The notes under the pieces were generated by a model. It saw only the letters and a list, made by a program, of their open reading frames with translations. It was not told where the DNA came from and did no database searches. The translations under genes and the position numbers were made by a program. A stretch of 63,688 nucleotides of DNA, counting the filler, from Thraustochytrium aureum (taxonomy: Eukaryota): assembly GCA_012862495.1 (NCBI GenBank). It is 5 parts of 3 records of this genome, joined end to end, with 100 filler letters (N's around TTAATTAATTAA, not from the genome) between each part and the next. Parts side by side here need not be neighbours in the genome. Positions count along the whole stretch, not along the records: positions 1 to 21,706 come from BLSG01000287.1; 4 more parts are not named here. One strand, 5' to 3'. Of this stretch, positions 11,412-21,806 are shown one piece after another (the first letter of the stretch is position 1; each line of letters opens with the position of its first letter).

Positions 11412-12310
11412 TCACTCTTCCTTGCCCTCCGCCTTGTGCTCGGCGCTGTCCGAGCCAGCCTGGGCCTGTTGCATGGCGGCGGCCTTGTTGGCGAGTTCGC
11501 CGGCCTTGGCTGCAGCGGCTTGGAGCAAGACGATGCCCTTCTCTTCTGCGATCTTGAGCACGACCAGCAGCTTTTCCTTCGCGAGCTCCACGGCCGGCTC
11601 CGTCTTGGTCTTGACCTGGTCGGCAACCTTGTCGATCTGCTCGTGGTAGCGGCTGTACGTGATCGGCCAGACCATCATGTACACAACGTGCAAGTACAGA
11701 AGGGTCCAAAGCGAGAAGAAGTAGAGGGCGAGCATCAGCCCGAACACGTGTGCCAGCACCATCTTGAGCTTGGCAGAGCCCTCGGGGGTTGGCTCGGTGG
11801 CCTCTACAATTGCTTTGCAGATCTTGTTGACGCGCCTCTCGATCAGGTCGGCAGCGCCGTGCACAACATTTTTGACGTCGGAGGGCGAGGGCACGACCAG
11901 GATGGCCTCGACGCTGAGGGCGAAGCGCTCGATCAAAGACTGGAGCGACTTGGCCTTTTCGTTCGTCTCGAGGCCAGCCTGCGCCTTGCGGGCGCCAGCG
12001 ATCACCAGTAGCCGCACCACCAGAGCCATGCAGACGAGCGTCACCAGCGAGTAGGCCTCAGGCCCGCTCGTCAGGTAGTACACCGCGGACACCACGGCCA
12101 GCGCCACAAAGCTGTTGTACGGCTGGTCCCACGCTGCCAGCTCATTAAGCTGCTCTTTAAACTCCCTCGAGGCCCCTCGCCGAGAAACCCGCCGGACGGC
12201 GTCGCCTGCTCCAAGTGCGCCTTGGCCTTCTCCAGCCCGGCCTTGAAATCCTGAGCCGACGGCGCCGAGGGCGGCGAAACGTCCATCTTGGCAGCGACCT
12301 CGGCGCTCAT
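11412..12310 (-). CDS. Reticulon-family ER-shaping protein; frameshift near 12164-12176
   Basis: LAAWDQP before the first hydrophobic hairpin; second hairpin FSLWTLLYLHVVYMMVWPITYSRYHEQID resembles the reticulon PxxYexyxxQID motif. The N-terminus MSAEVAAK.. is in another frame and joins via G-runs. Confidence 0.75.
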
Positions 12311-12670
12311 CCTCCCTTCTTCGCTCTCGCAAACCCGCCCTGTGAGCACGACCTGGCGATCTATCTATACTTGTCAGCGAGCGAGTACGGTGGCCGAGCA
12401 CGGTGGGTGGGTTGGTGGGCGCCTGCTCCTGCTGCTCCTGCTCGTTCGGTGACTGCCTGACCTTCCTCGAGTCTTCTTTCTTCGCTGGCGCAGATACCGC
12501 CGAAAGGGGCTATTATAGGGGTACCATGGCAAAATACGCGCTTTGCCGTCAATTATTGGGGCGAGAGAGACACTCGTACCAATAATTGCTCAGCCGGGAA
12601 TCGCGCCAGAGGCGCTTCGGACTTGGAGGTGGCCAAACGGGCCGCGTCATCCAGCGTCAATGCTGAATCG

Positions 12671-12724
12671 AGCTGGTGCTGTGCTGGACCTGCTGCTGCT
12701 GGACGTGCTGCTGCTGCTGCTGGA

Positions 12725-12756
<32 letters not shown>

Positions 12757-12776
12757 TGCTGCTGGTGTGCTGCTGG
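12671..12776. repeat. Interrupted (CTG/CAG)n trinucleotide tract
   Basis: Direct reading; lies between the divergent reticulon and EF-hand genes. Confidence 0.9.
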
Positions 12777-13142
12777 TGTGTTCATTCATCTGACAGACAC
12801 TCGACGCTGAACGTGGAAAGGCTGGACAACCAGACGACACGACACAGCCCTGTCCGTGTCCTCCACTGGCGCTCGCAGGAGTGCGGACACTGCGGAGCGT
12901 TCCTCGTCGAACGAGCGAGCGACGACAAAGAGCTGTTCTTCCAGCCGGCCTCGCGTCCGTTCCGGTAGAGCCGTTGCGGGCGATGGCAGCCACGTCGAGT
13001 CCGACTCGATGTGCCCTGCCCTCCTCGCGATGGACGAAGAGCTGCCAGGCTAGGTCGCGGTGGAGGTCGCGATCGACGGCGCGCGCGTGGTCGTGCTCAG
13101 GCGCTTGGCTGGCGCGGCGCTGTCGGCGGCCGCACTGGCAAG

Positions 13143-14078
13143 ATGGACCTTGTTGCCGGCGATGATGCCAACATTGAAGCCTACAAGGCGGAAGTGCGCG
13201 AGATCTTCGAGCGCGTGGATGTCGATGGGAGCGGCGTTGTGGACAAGGTGAGTGCAATGGTGCGGCTCGCGCGCGGGCTGGCGAAAGGCGGGCCGCTGAC
13301 TTGTCAAGCGCAGGATGAGTTTGTCGAGGCCGTCAAAACCAACAAGGCCGTCGCGAAGCTGGTGAGCAAGTCGCGCGTGCTCTCGGGGCTAGTGGCAACC
13401 GGCGACTTCGAGAAGGCCTTTTCGTCGTTCGACGCCGACGGGGGCGGCAGCGTTTCCTTCGAGGAGTTTTGGGCGTTTTGCCGACAAGAGGCCGACGAGG
13501 AGCAGACGAGGGCGATGTTCAACCTGATCGACGCCGACGGGAGCCGATACATCACGCACGTCGAAATGGTCAACGCCTTCACGCACAACAAGGAGCTCCT
13601 TGATCTGGTCAAGGGCTCTAAAGTATTTTCCAAGCTCATTGAGCAGAACGACTGGCAAAAGGTCATCGAGGAAATGGACACGGACAAGTCTGGCGGCGGT
13701 GACAACAAGATAGACTACCTCGAGTTCTGGAAGTTTTGCCAGCGGGTTTCGGCCAAAGTGAAGATCCAAAACATGAAAGACAAGGCAAAGGCCCGGGCAG
13801 ACCGCATCGCGTCTGAAAAGAGGGTCCTCAACGACGACCTCGTCAAGCGGCTCCGGCTGCACACCTTCAAGAACGGGGCCGCGCACGGTGGCGTATTCAC
13901 CGTCTCCATTGCGCCAGAGCCGTTCAACTTTGCGCCGCTCTCCGAGTCGCCAAACCCCTACGCAGAGGCGCGGTCCAGCAAGATCGTGCCGGGCCTCGGC
14001 GGCCGGGATTCTCTAGCACCGCGTGTGCTCGCGAAGAACTTGCGCGGTCTGACCTTTGTCCGCGCCAGCGGGAACTGA
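13143..14078 (+). CDS. Four-EF-hand calcium-binding protein (intron 13248-13313)
   Basis: Loops DVDGSGVVDK|DE, DADGGGSVSFEE, DADGSRYITHVE and DTDKSGGGDNKIDYLE. Removing the 66-nt GTGAGT...GCTGAC...CAG intron restores EF-hand 1. Confidence 0.88.
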   Translation: MDLVAGDDANIEAYKAEVREIFERVDVDGSGVVDKVSAMVRLARGLAKGGPLTCQAQDEFVEAVKTNKAVAKLVSKSRVLSGLVATGDFEKAFSSFDADGGGSVSFEEFWAFCRQEADEEQTRAMFNLIDADGSRYITHVEMVNAFTHNKELLDLVKGSKVFSKLIEQNDWQKVIEEMDTDKSGGGDNKIDYLEFWKFCQRVSAKVKIQNMKDKAKARADRIASEKRVLNDDLVKRLRLHTFKNGAAHGGVFTVSIAPEPFNFAPLSESPNPYAEARSSKIVPGLGGRDSLAPRVLAKNLRGLTFVRASGN

Positions 14079-14251
14079 GTCGAGCAGAACAGCTGCAAGA
14101 CCACGAGGCGCCGTGAGGCAGGGATGGGGTGGGCTAGCTAGCAACAAGCCTCGTCGGCAAGTTTTATTCTCATTCTGTTGTCTTGCACTTGTTCACACGT
14201 TCACGGCGCTCCGGCCGCGAGCCTTGACACCCTGGCAGCGAAACCCGTGAA

Positions 14252-14453
14252 GCGAGACCGCGAAGGGCCGACGACGCCGGTAGCGAGACCGCGAAGCGGC
14301 CGAAGACGCCGGTAGCGAGACCGCGAANNNNNNNNNNNNNNNNNNNNNNNNNNNNNNNNNNNNNNNNNNNNNNNNNNNNNNNNNNNNNNNNNNGCGAAGC
14401 GGGCGACGACGCCGGTTGCGAACGCTTCTAGCGAGACTGCGAAGCGGCCGACG
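14252..14453. repeat. ~31-32-bp minisatellite GCGAGACCGCGAAGCGGCCGACGACGCCGGTA spanning a gap
   Basis: Copies at 14252, 14283 and 14315 (partial), resuming after the gap to about 14453. Confidence 0.85.
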
Positions 14454-16888
14454 CCTCTTCGCGAAGGCGGCGCTCAATAACGGCGACGATCGCGGCGAGG
14501 TTCGCGTTCGAGAGCTCCGAGTTGGCTACGCTCAGGAGGGCTGCTGTGGGTGGCCCTGACGACGGCATCCGGCGCAGCTTGGCAACCTTTTCTTCGTTCT
14601 CGCGCCGCGCGAGGCGCAGCAAGTTGCGGTGCAGCGAGCTCTCTAGCGCGACGAGCTCATCCAGGTCGCGCTTATCGATGACGAGAAGCTCGGCGTCAGT
14701 GGCGCAGCGAGCCGACGAGGGTCGCGGCGCCCCCGTCACAGCATTTGTGCCAACGATTTCGCCGCTGCGGTAGCGGCGCAAGGGGATTCGAGTCACACTG
14801 GAGGCCGCAGACGGCAGCTGAGGTTGCGAGGCGGCCTCAGTGTCGTCCGATTTTGGTGATCCAGCAAGGCGCGCCAACAACCCAGAGAGCGGGCCGGGCT
14901 TGCGCGCCTGCGCGAGCTGCGCGTTGAACGAAAACTCAGTCTCAACGCGGCCCGACTCTACGACGAAAAGCCGCGTAGACGGCGAATCCTGCGAAAACAG
15001 AATCGAGCCAGCACTGACCCGGACGCGCTGGAGGTGCCCCTCGCCCAGCGCAAGGAGAAGCTGCCGTGCGCGCGTGTTTTGCCGGCTTCGGATGTGCTCT
15101 TCGAGGCCAGCGCAAAGCTCGCCGGTACCAGCAAGCGTTTTTACAAAGTCCTCGCGGGGCCAAAACACCGCCTCAAGCGAGGTTTTACACCGCACCCCAG
15201 CGTTGCGGCGGTCGCGGCCGTCAAGAATGGCCGTCTCTCCAAACATGTTCGCCAGGCCCCGAGCCTGGCCGACGACGCGCGCCGCGCCGTCTTTCCCCAG
15301 CGTACTCGAGCTGCGCCTCCCCGGACACGACGACAAAGAGCCCACTGGCCTCGTCGCCTGCAGCGAAGACTTGCTCGCCGGGTTCAAAACGCGTCGTGTG
15401 GCACTGAGTGACCGCCCGAGCAAAGGTCTGCGCGTCGAGGGGCGCGGCTGGCTTGCCGGCTGTGGCGGCGCCGGCGCCAAGGAGCGCAGTCCATTCAGCG
15501 GCGCCGAGCACGCCGAAAGCGCTCTCCAGGAAGGCTTGCGTCGTGGTCGGCTCGGAGGAAATATCCCGCGCGAGAGAGGCCACCAGAACCGCAGAGGCGA
15601 CCGAGCGATGGGCCCGTGTGGAGAGCCTGTTGCCGACAAGCACGGCGGGTGTCGGCGGTGGCTCGTCCGAGCACCGGCGCCCTTTGAGGACAGGCGCCCC
15701 AGACGACGCGATGGCCGCTGCGGCTGCGGCTGCCTGCTCGTCCGAGCTCCGCTGCGCTTCTTGGACGTGGTGGCGCACCCAGGGGTGCTGCAACGCCTGC
15801 TCCGATGTGGGCCGCTTTGCCGGGTCCGGGTCCAGCAGGCGCGAGATGAAGTCGCGGGCCTCCGGACTAAGGTTGAGGCGCTTGTGCACATCAAAGGTGA
15901 ACCGTCGCTTGGCCGGTTCGCGGTCCTCATCTCCTTGGTCGGCCTGGCTGCCGCGCATTGCTCGCTTGGCGATCACGTCGTCCTTGGCATCCCCTGTCCT
16001 GTCGAAAGGGTGGCAGCCGAGGAGGAGGATGTACGAAATGATGCCGAGGGCCCACATGTCACTGGCGCGCGGGTCTGACTCGAGCCGCAGCTCGTTGCTC
16101 TTAGCGTCGCTGGAGTCGGTGCTGCTCCCTCGCATCCTGCTTGTGCGATCAAGTTTTGCCAAAATCTCTGGGCTCAGGTACGGCGTCGTCCCAATACTCG
16201 AGGTGATGGTCGTGTACCCTTTGCGGTTAAAGTCCTCGAGGGAGCAAGTCATGCCAAAGTCGATGAGGCGGATATCGGTTTCGTCGCTGCCCTTGTTAGC
16301 GGCGAAGAGGAGGTTTTCGGGCTTGATATCGTGGTGCGCGAACCCGCTCGCGTGGATGTGCTGCAGGCTGCTGGCGATCCGCTCCACCAGCAGCGCGGCT
16401 TCGCGCTCCTTGTACGGTCCGTTCTCTATGAGTCGGTCGAACAACTCGCCCCCGGCGCAGTACTCGGTTACGATGTAGTAGCTCTGCGTGTCTGGGCAGA
16501 ACAGGACCTCGATAAGCTCGTTCACGTTTGGGTGCTTGCGGGACATCTGGAGCGCATGGACTTCGTCGCGCAGGCTCGTCCAGTGCATCGCGTCCTCTTG
16601 CACGATCTTGATCGCAACGAACCGCCCTGCGCGGTCAACTGCTTTGACGACGTGGCCGTAGGCGCCAGACCCGATTACGAGCTTTTGGAGCTTGCGCGGA
16701 TCCCCAAACCCGACGCGCGCCACTGCGGATCCTTTCTTCCCAATCACGATCTTGTATCTTCCATCGAGCTCTGCGAGCGAGATCGCTTCGCCAATGAGCT
16801 CGCGCCGTCCGATGCGGAGGCTTCGCGGCGTGCGAGACATCCTTCGAGACACCTCCTCGTCCAAATCCTCAATCTCGGCCAGCTCCAT
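14428..16888 (-). CDS. CAMK-group Ser/Thr kinase with two C-terminal cyclic-nucleotide-binding domains; frameshift at 15295-15298
   Basis: GSGAYG, VAIK, GGELFD, HHDIKPEN, DFG, GTTPYLSPE, DMWALG. CNBD1: FEPGEQVFAAGDEASGLFVVVSGEA...FGETAILDGRDRRNAGVRC. CNBD2: AGSILFSQDSPSTRLFVVESGRV...GEIVG...PRPSSARC. Confidence 0.87.
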
Positions 16889-17849
16889 GGCCGGCGTGAA
16901 CGCAAGCGCCGCAGCACCTCGCACCCACGGTGCGGCATCCGGGCCCCGGCATCGCTGGCCTTGCTCTTGCTGTTCACGTCGGCGTTGCTTTCCTCCAGTC
17001 CGCCCACCGCCGTGTATGTCGCGCCATTGCTTTCGGCCGCCCCCTGCGGCGTGGCACGCTCGTCCANNNNNNNNNNNNNNNNNNNNNNNNNNNNNNNNNN
17101 NNNNNNNNNNNNNNNNNNNNNNNNNNNNNNNNNNNNNNNNNNNNNNNNNNNNNNNNNNNNNNNNNNNNNNNNNNNNNNNNNNNNNNNNNNNNNNNNNNNN
17201 NNNNNNNNNNNNNNNNNNNNNNNNNNNNNNNNNNNNNNNNNNNNNNNNNNNNNNNNNNNNNNNNNNNNNNNNNNNNNNNNNNNNNNNNNNNNNNNNNNNN
17301 NNNNNNNNNNNNNNNNNNNNNNNNNNNNNNNNNNNNNNNNNNNNNNNNNNNNNNNNNNNNNNNNNNNNNNNNNNNNNNNNNNNNNNNNNNNNNNNNNNNN
17401 NNNNNNNNNNNNNNNNNNNNNNNNNNNNNNNNNNNNNNNNNNNNNNNNNNNNNNNNNNNNNNNNNNNNNNNNNNNNNNNNNNNNNNNNNNNNNNNNNNNN
17501 NNNNNNNNNNNNNNNNNNNNNNNNNNNNNNNNNNNNNNNNNNNNNNNNNNNNNNNNNNNNNNNNNNNNNNNNNNNNNNNNNNNNNNNNNNNNNNNNNNNN
17601 NNNNNNNNNNNNNNNNNNNNNNNNNNNNNNNNNNNNNNNNNNNNNNNNNNNNNNNNNNNNNNNNNNNNNNNNNNNNNNNNNNNNNNNNNNNNNNNNNNNN
17701 NNNNNNNNNNNNNNNNNNNNNNNNNNNNNNNNNNNNNNNNNNNNNNNNNNNNNNNNNNNNNNNNNNNNNNNNNNNNNNNNNNNNNNNNNNNNNNNNNNNN
17801 NNNNNNNNNNNNNNNNNNNNNNNNNNNNNNNNNNNNNNNNNNNNNNNNN

Positions 17850-18822
17850 CGTTCTTATCCGCGAAACCTCGCCTGGGGCCATGGTGTACCTGCGCACACT
17901 ATACATGTCGTCCTTGGAGACCGGCTTGACCTTGGAGAGGACGGCCTCGCCGTCCTCGAACTCGTCCTCATCTTCGTCCTCGTGCCCCTCCTCTTCAGCC
18001 GCGTCATTCTCTGTGGGCGAGGCGCCCGTGGGCGAGGCGCCTGTGGGCGAGCCTCCGGTCACCGATTTCGGGCGCGAGGTGGCGCTGGCAGAGCGCACGG
18101 TCCGGTTCGACCTTGCGCTGAGCGAGTTGCCCACCTTGGCCAATAGGGCGCTGATGGTGCGCTCTTGCTGCTGCTTTTGCTCCTCGAGGCGCTTCTTGCC
18201 GGCGATGAGGTGTTTGTTCTTCTTCTTGAGCTCGTTGTTCTGTCGCACGAGCTCGTCCTTCTCCTTCTTGAGGTCGCGGAACTTGGCCTGGAGCGAGGTG
18301 AGCTTGTTTTCTGCCTCGCGTCGCTTGATGTCGAGAGCGTTGAGGCGGTGCTGCCGCGTGTGGTCGAGCTTCTCGCGCTGCCGCAGCTCGTCCTTGAGGT
18401 CATTCATTGCATGGGCCTCGTACGAGCTGGTGCCTTGCGGTCCCGCCGCTGCCGCCGAGCGATTGCCGGCTCCCGGGGCGGCGGTTGGCCCCTAGCTTGC
18501 CGCCGAGCGAGGGGCGCCGCGAGACGCCCGAGGCCGACCCTAGGGTGACGCGCCGCTGCGTGCCTTGGTTTTGCTGCGCGGACCGCGCCTTCTGGTAGCT
18601 GCGCGACAGTTTTTCCTCGAGCGCGTTGAGGTCGTCGGTGAACTCCTCGTCGTCGCCCTCGCCGGTTTCCTCGCGAACGGGCGAGCAGGCGTGCGAGCGA
18701 AACGTGTCGGATTTGATGCGTTCGATGTCGAACGACACTGCAGCGGGCCGCTTTGGGGTCGACGTTGGTGTGGTTGCGGTCGCGTTGAGGGCGCCCGCCT
18801 CGTTCTCCTTCTTGTCCTCCAT
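17850..18822 (-). CDS. Coiled-coil protein (3' end in gap); frameshift near 18440
   Basis: MEDKKENE.. N-terminus joins MNDLKDELRQREK..LTSLQAKFRDLKKEKDELVRQNNELKK heptads after a one-base correction in a G-run. Confidence 0.55.
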
Positions 18823-20564
18823 GACGCCAGCGCTCGCCGACGGCTTCACGGCCTCGTCTCCCCGCCAGCAGCTAGCCAGCCCGCGCTCGTTGGCTCGCTG
18901 GCGCGCTCGTTGGCTCGCTCGCTCGCTCGCACTGGGAGGGTCAGCTCACCTCAACCGCCCAACTGCCGCGTCGCGTCCGGTCTCCGCGGCCCCGCGGCTC
19001 GCCAGCACGACCCTGAGGCGCGCGCACGTAGCCGCCGTGCCGGCAGCCAGTCGCCTCCAGCAGCGCCTGCCTGAGCGAGCTCCCGCGTCCGCGCCACCTG
19101 GGCGGAGAGATAGATCGACCGGGGTCAGCTGCGTGCGTCAATCCGCCAAAATCGGCCGACCAAAACAACAAAAAACCGGCCAATCCAGTCCGGCGCAGCC
19201 CCGACGAGCGAGCCGCCGCGCGGCCCCAGCTGCGAGCGCGACAACGAGCACGGCCGTCCTGCGACACCGCGCGTCCGCCCCGTCCTCGCTGCCTGCCCGC
19301 TCGCCCTGCTTGGACTCTGTCACTCGCTGCACTGCTTGCTGCTCTGTTCTTGTTCTGATGAACTGCTCACGGTTGCTTGCTTTGCGAACAAAAACGGAAC
19401 AGCTGAGAGGGGGCGCCTCGGCTAGCTTTCAACTTTCGCGTTCTCCAAACAAAAAACACGGTGCTTATCACAAAGTTTTAGAAACTATTCTTGTTTCCAC
19501 GGAGCGCCGCAGAGGGGACGAGCCCAAGAATGCGTTTGCCCTCTCAAAGCCAACAGAGGCAAAAGTGTGAGTAAACAGAGAGGGGCACGCACTCTTGAGC
19601 GCCACGCGGCCCCTCACAACCCCAGCGACACGCACTGCTCGTGGTTGCTCACTGCGATAAGGCTACATCGGATATTATCGTAATTGGATCGACAGCATGC
19701 AGCGCCTGTCGGCGGTTTTTGCCTTGCAAGGCCCTGAGTGCGCGCTGCATGGAGGTTTTCGATTCCCACTCGAATCTCGGAGTCTCCTCCCGTGCGCCAC
19801 TGGAATTAATCTCCACAAGAACTACTAGTAGAGCTAGAGGAAGTCCCCCCATTAGTACTCCCATTAGTACTCCCATGACGAGCAAGAGTGAGTAGGGTAC
19901 CCCCCATCCTGGAGTAGACATACGAACGAACGAACGGCTAGCTAGGTATGTGCCATCGCGCTCGTCCGTCCATTGGCCAGGCACGCAGACGGNNNNNNNN
20001 NNNNNNNNNNNNNNNNNNNNNNNNNNNNNNNNNNNNNNNNNNNNNNNNNNNNNNNNNNNNNNNNNNNNNNNNNNNNNNNNNNNNNNNNNNNNNNNNNNNN
20101 NNNNNNNNNNNNNNNNNNNNNNNNNNNNNNNNNNNNNNNNNNNNNNNNNNNNNNNNNNNNNNNNNNNNNNNNNNNNNNNNNNNNNNNNNNNNNNNNNNNN
20201 NNNNNNNNNNNNNNNNNNNNNNNNNNNNNNNNNNNNNNNNNNNNNNNNNNNNNNNNNNNNNNNNNNNNNNNNNNNNNNNNNNNNNNNNNNNNNNNNNNNN
20301 NNNNNNNNNNNNNNNNNNNNNNNNNNNNNNNNNNNNNNNNNNNNNNNNNNNNNNNNNNNNNNNNNNNNNNNNNNNNCGGGGGCTGAGCTCGAGGCCGACT
20401 TGGGACGCGGAGGAAGTCGACCCAGGCCTGCCGGCGCGGGCCGACGTGGATTGATCTCGCGGCGCTGCGCCAAAGCACGAACGGCGGTGAAACCAGCCAG
20501 GGCGACCTCGCTCGGGTAGGACGACGGAGACGCGCTGCCTACGCTCCGGCACCGCTGTGGAAGG

Positions 20565-21706
20565 ATGATGAGGATTGGCATGGGCGCGGTGCGGCGCGGG
20601 GTTGCCGGAAAGCGGGCCGCGGGATCTCGGATTGGCTGGACGGCGACGCTGGCGCAGCAGGCTACGCAAAGGGACGATGCCAACTTGGCTCGCCTCATCA
20701 GCGCCGGCGAGCGCGACGGCCAGCTGGTCGTCGAGTGGGACGACGGCGAACAGCACGGGTTTCACATCTGCTGGCTGCGAGACAACTGCGACTGTCCGCG
20801 GTGCAAGACCGAATCCGGGCAAAAGCTCCACCGGGACATCCTCCCCGGACACGCCTCCCTCGCGGTGCTCTCCGCCGAGGTCGCAAACGACGGCGAGCAC
20901 CTCGAAATCCGCTGGAAGGACCACGACAGCAGCGACCCCGTGGCTCGGTTCGACAGCGGCTGGCTGCGAAAGTTTGGCTACTCGAGCAGGACGATCGTCG
21001 ACGAGAGCCGCGCGCGCAGCGCCCCGCACGCCGTGGACGCCATGCCTCAAGTCTCCTTCGAAGAGATCATGTCTGGGGACGCCGGCGTGTGGGCCTGGAT
21101 GACGCGCATGGATGACGCCGGGTACTGCCTCGTGCGTGACTGCCCCGTGGAGGAGGGCACCGTGAAGCGCGTGGCTAATTTGGTGGGGCCCACCTCGCAC
21201 CGAATCTATGGCGAGACCTTTGACGTCAAGGCGACTCCAAACCCGATCAACATCGCCTACACCGACTCGGCGCTTGAGCCGCACATGGACTTGGCGTACT
21301 ACGAGTCGCCTCCCGGGGTGCAAATGCTGCACTGCGTCAAGTTTGACGAAGGCGTCGTCGGCGGAAACTCGACGCTGATCGACGGCCATGCCGTGGCGAC
21401 AGAGTTCAAGAGCCGGCACCCGGAGCACTTTAAGGTGTTGACCTCCATTCCAGCCACGTTCCAGAAGGACCACGTGGAGCGCGAGAACCCGCTCAAAATG
21501 TTCTACCAGCGCCCGCACCTTAACGTCAACTACCTCGGCGACGTGACGGCGGTCTTCTGGAGCCCGCCCTTCGAGGGTCCGCTCCGGGTCGCGCACGAGT
21601 TTGCGAGCCCTATACGCGGCGTACCATGCCTTCCGCTCGCTGCTCGCGGACGACGAAATGTGGGACAAGTACGGCTGCGAGTTCCGCATGCGACCGGGCG
21701 ACCTCC
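20565..21706 (+). CDS. Gamma-butyrobetaine/trimethyllysine dioxygenase family (TauD-like Fe/2OG, carnitine synthesis), 3'-partial
   Basis: N-terminal WLRDNCDCPRC zinc module; YGETFDV, NIAYT, LEPHMDLAYYESPPGVQMLHC, GGNSTLIDG. After a frameshift near 21600 it continues YAAYHAF...FRMRPGDL to the contig end. The Arg-rich N-terminus resembles a mitochondrial presequence. Confidence 0.9.
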
Positions 21707-21806
21707 NNNNNNNNNNNNNNNNNNNNNNNNNNNNNNNNNNNNNNNNNNNNTTAATTAATTAANNNNNNNNNNNNNNNNNNNNNNNNNNNNNNNNNNNNNN
21801 NNNNNN
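21707..21806. other. Artificial scaffold spacer N44-TTAATTAATTAA-N44
   Basis: Exactly 100 bp; the 12-mer at 21751-21762 has stops in all six frames. Confidence 0.95.

Noticed and set aside
12543..12968. Poly-Leu ORF as a membrane protein
   Set aside because: Translation of the CTG microsatellite; no other coding signal.
8003..14453. Tandem repeats at 8003 and 14252 as CRISPR arrays
   Set aside because: Head-to-tail units with no unique spacers, no cas genes, and a eukaryotic context.
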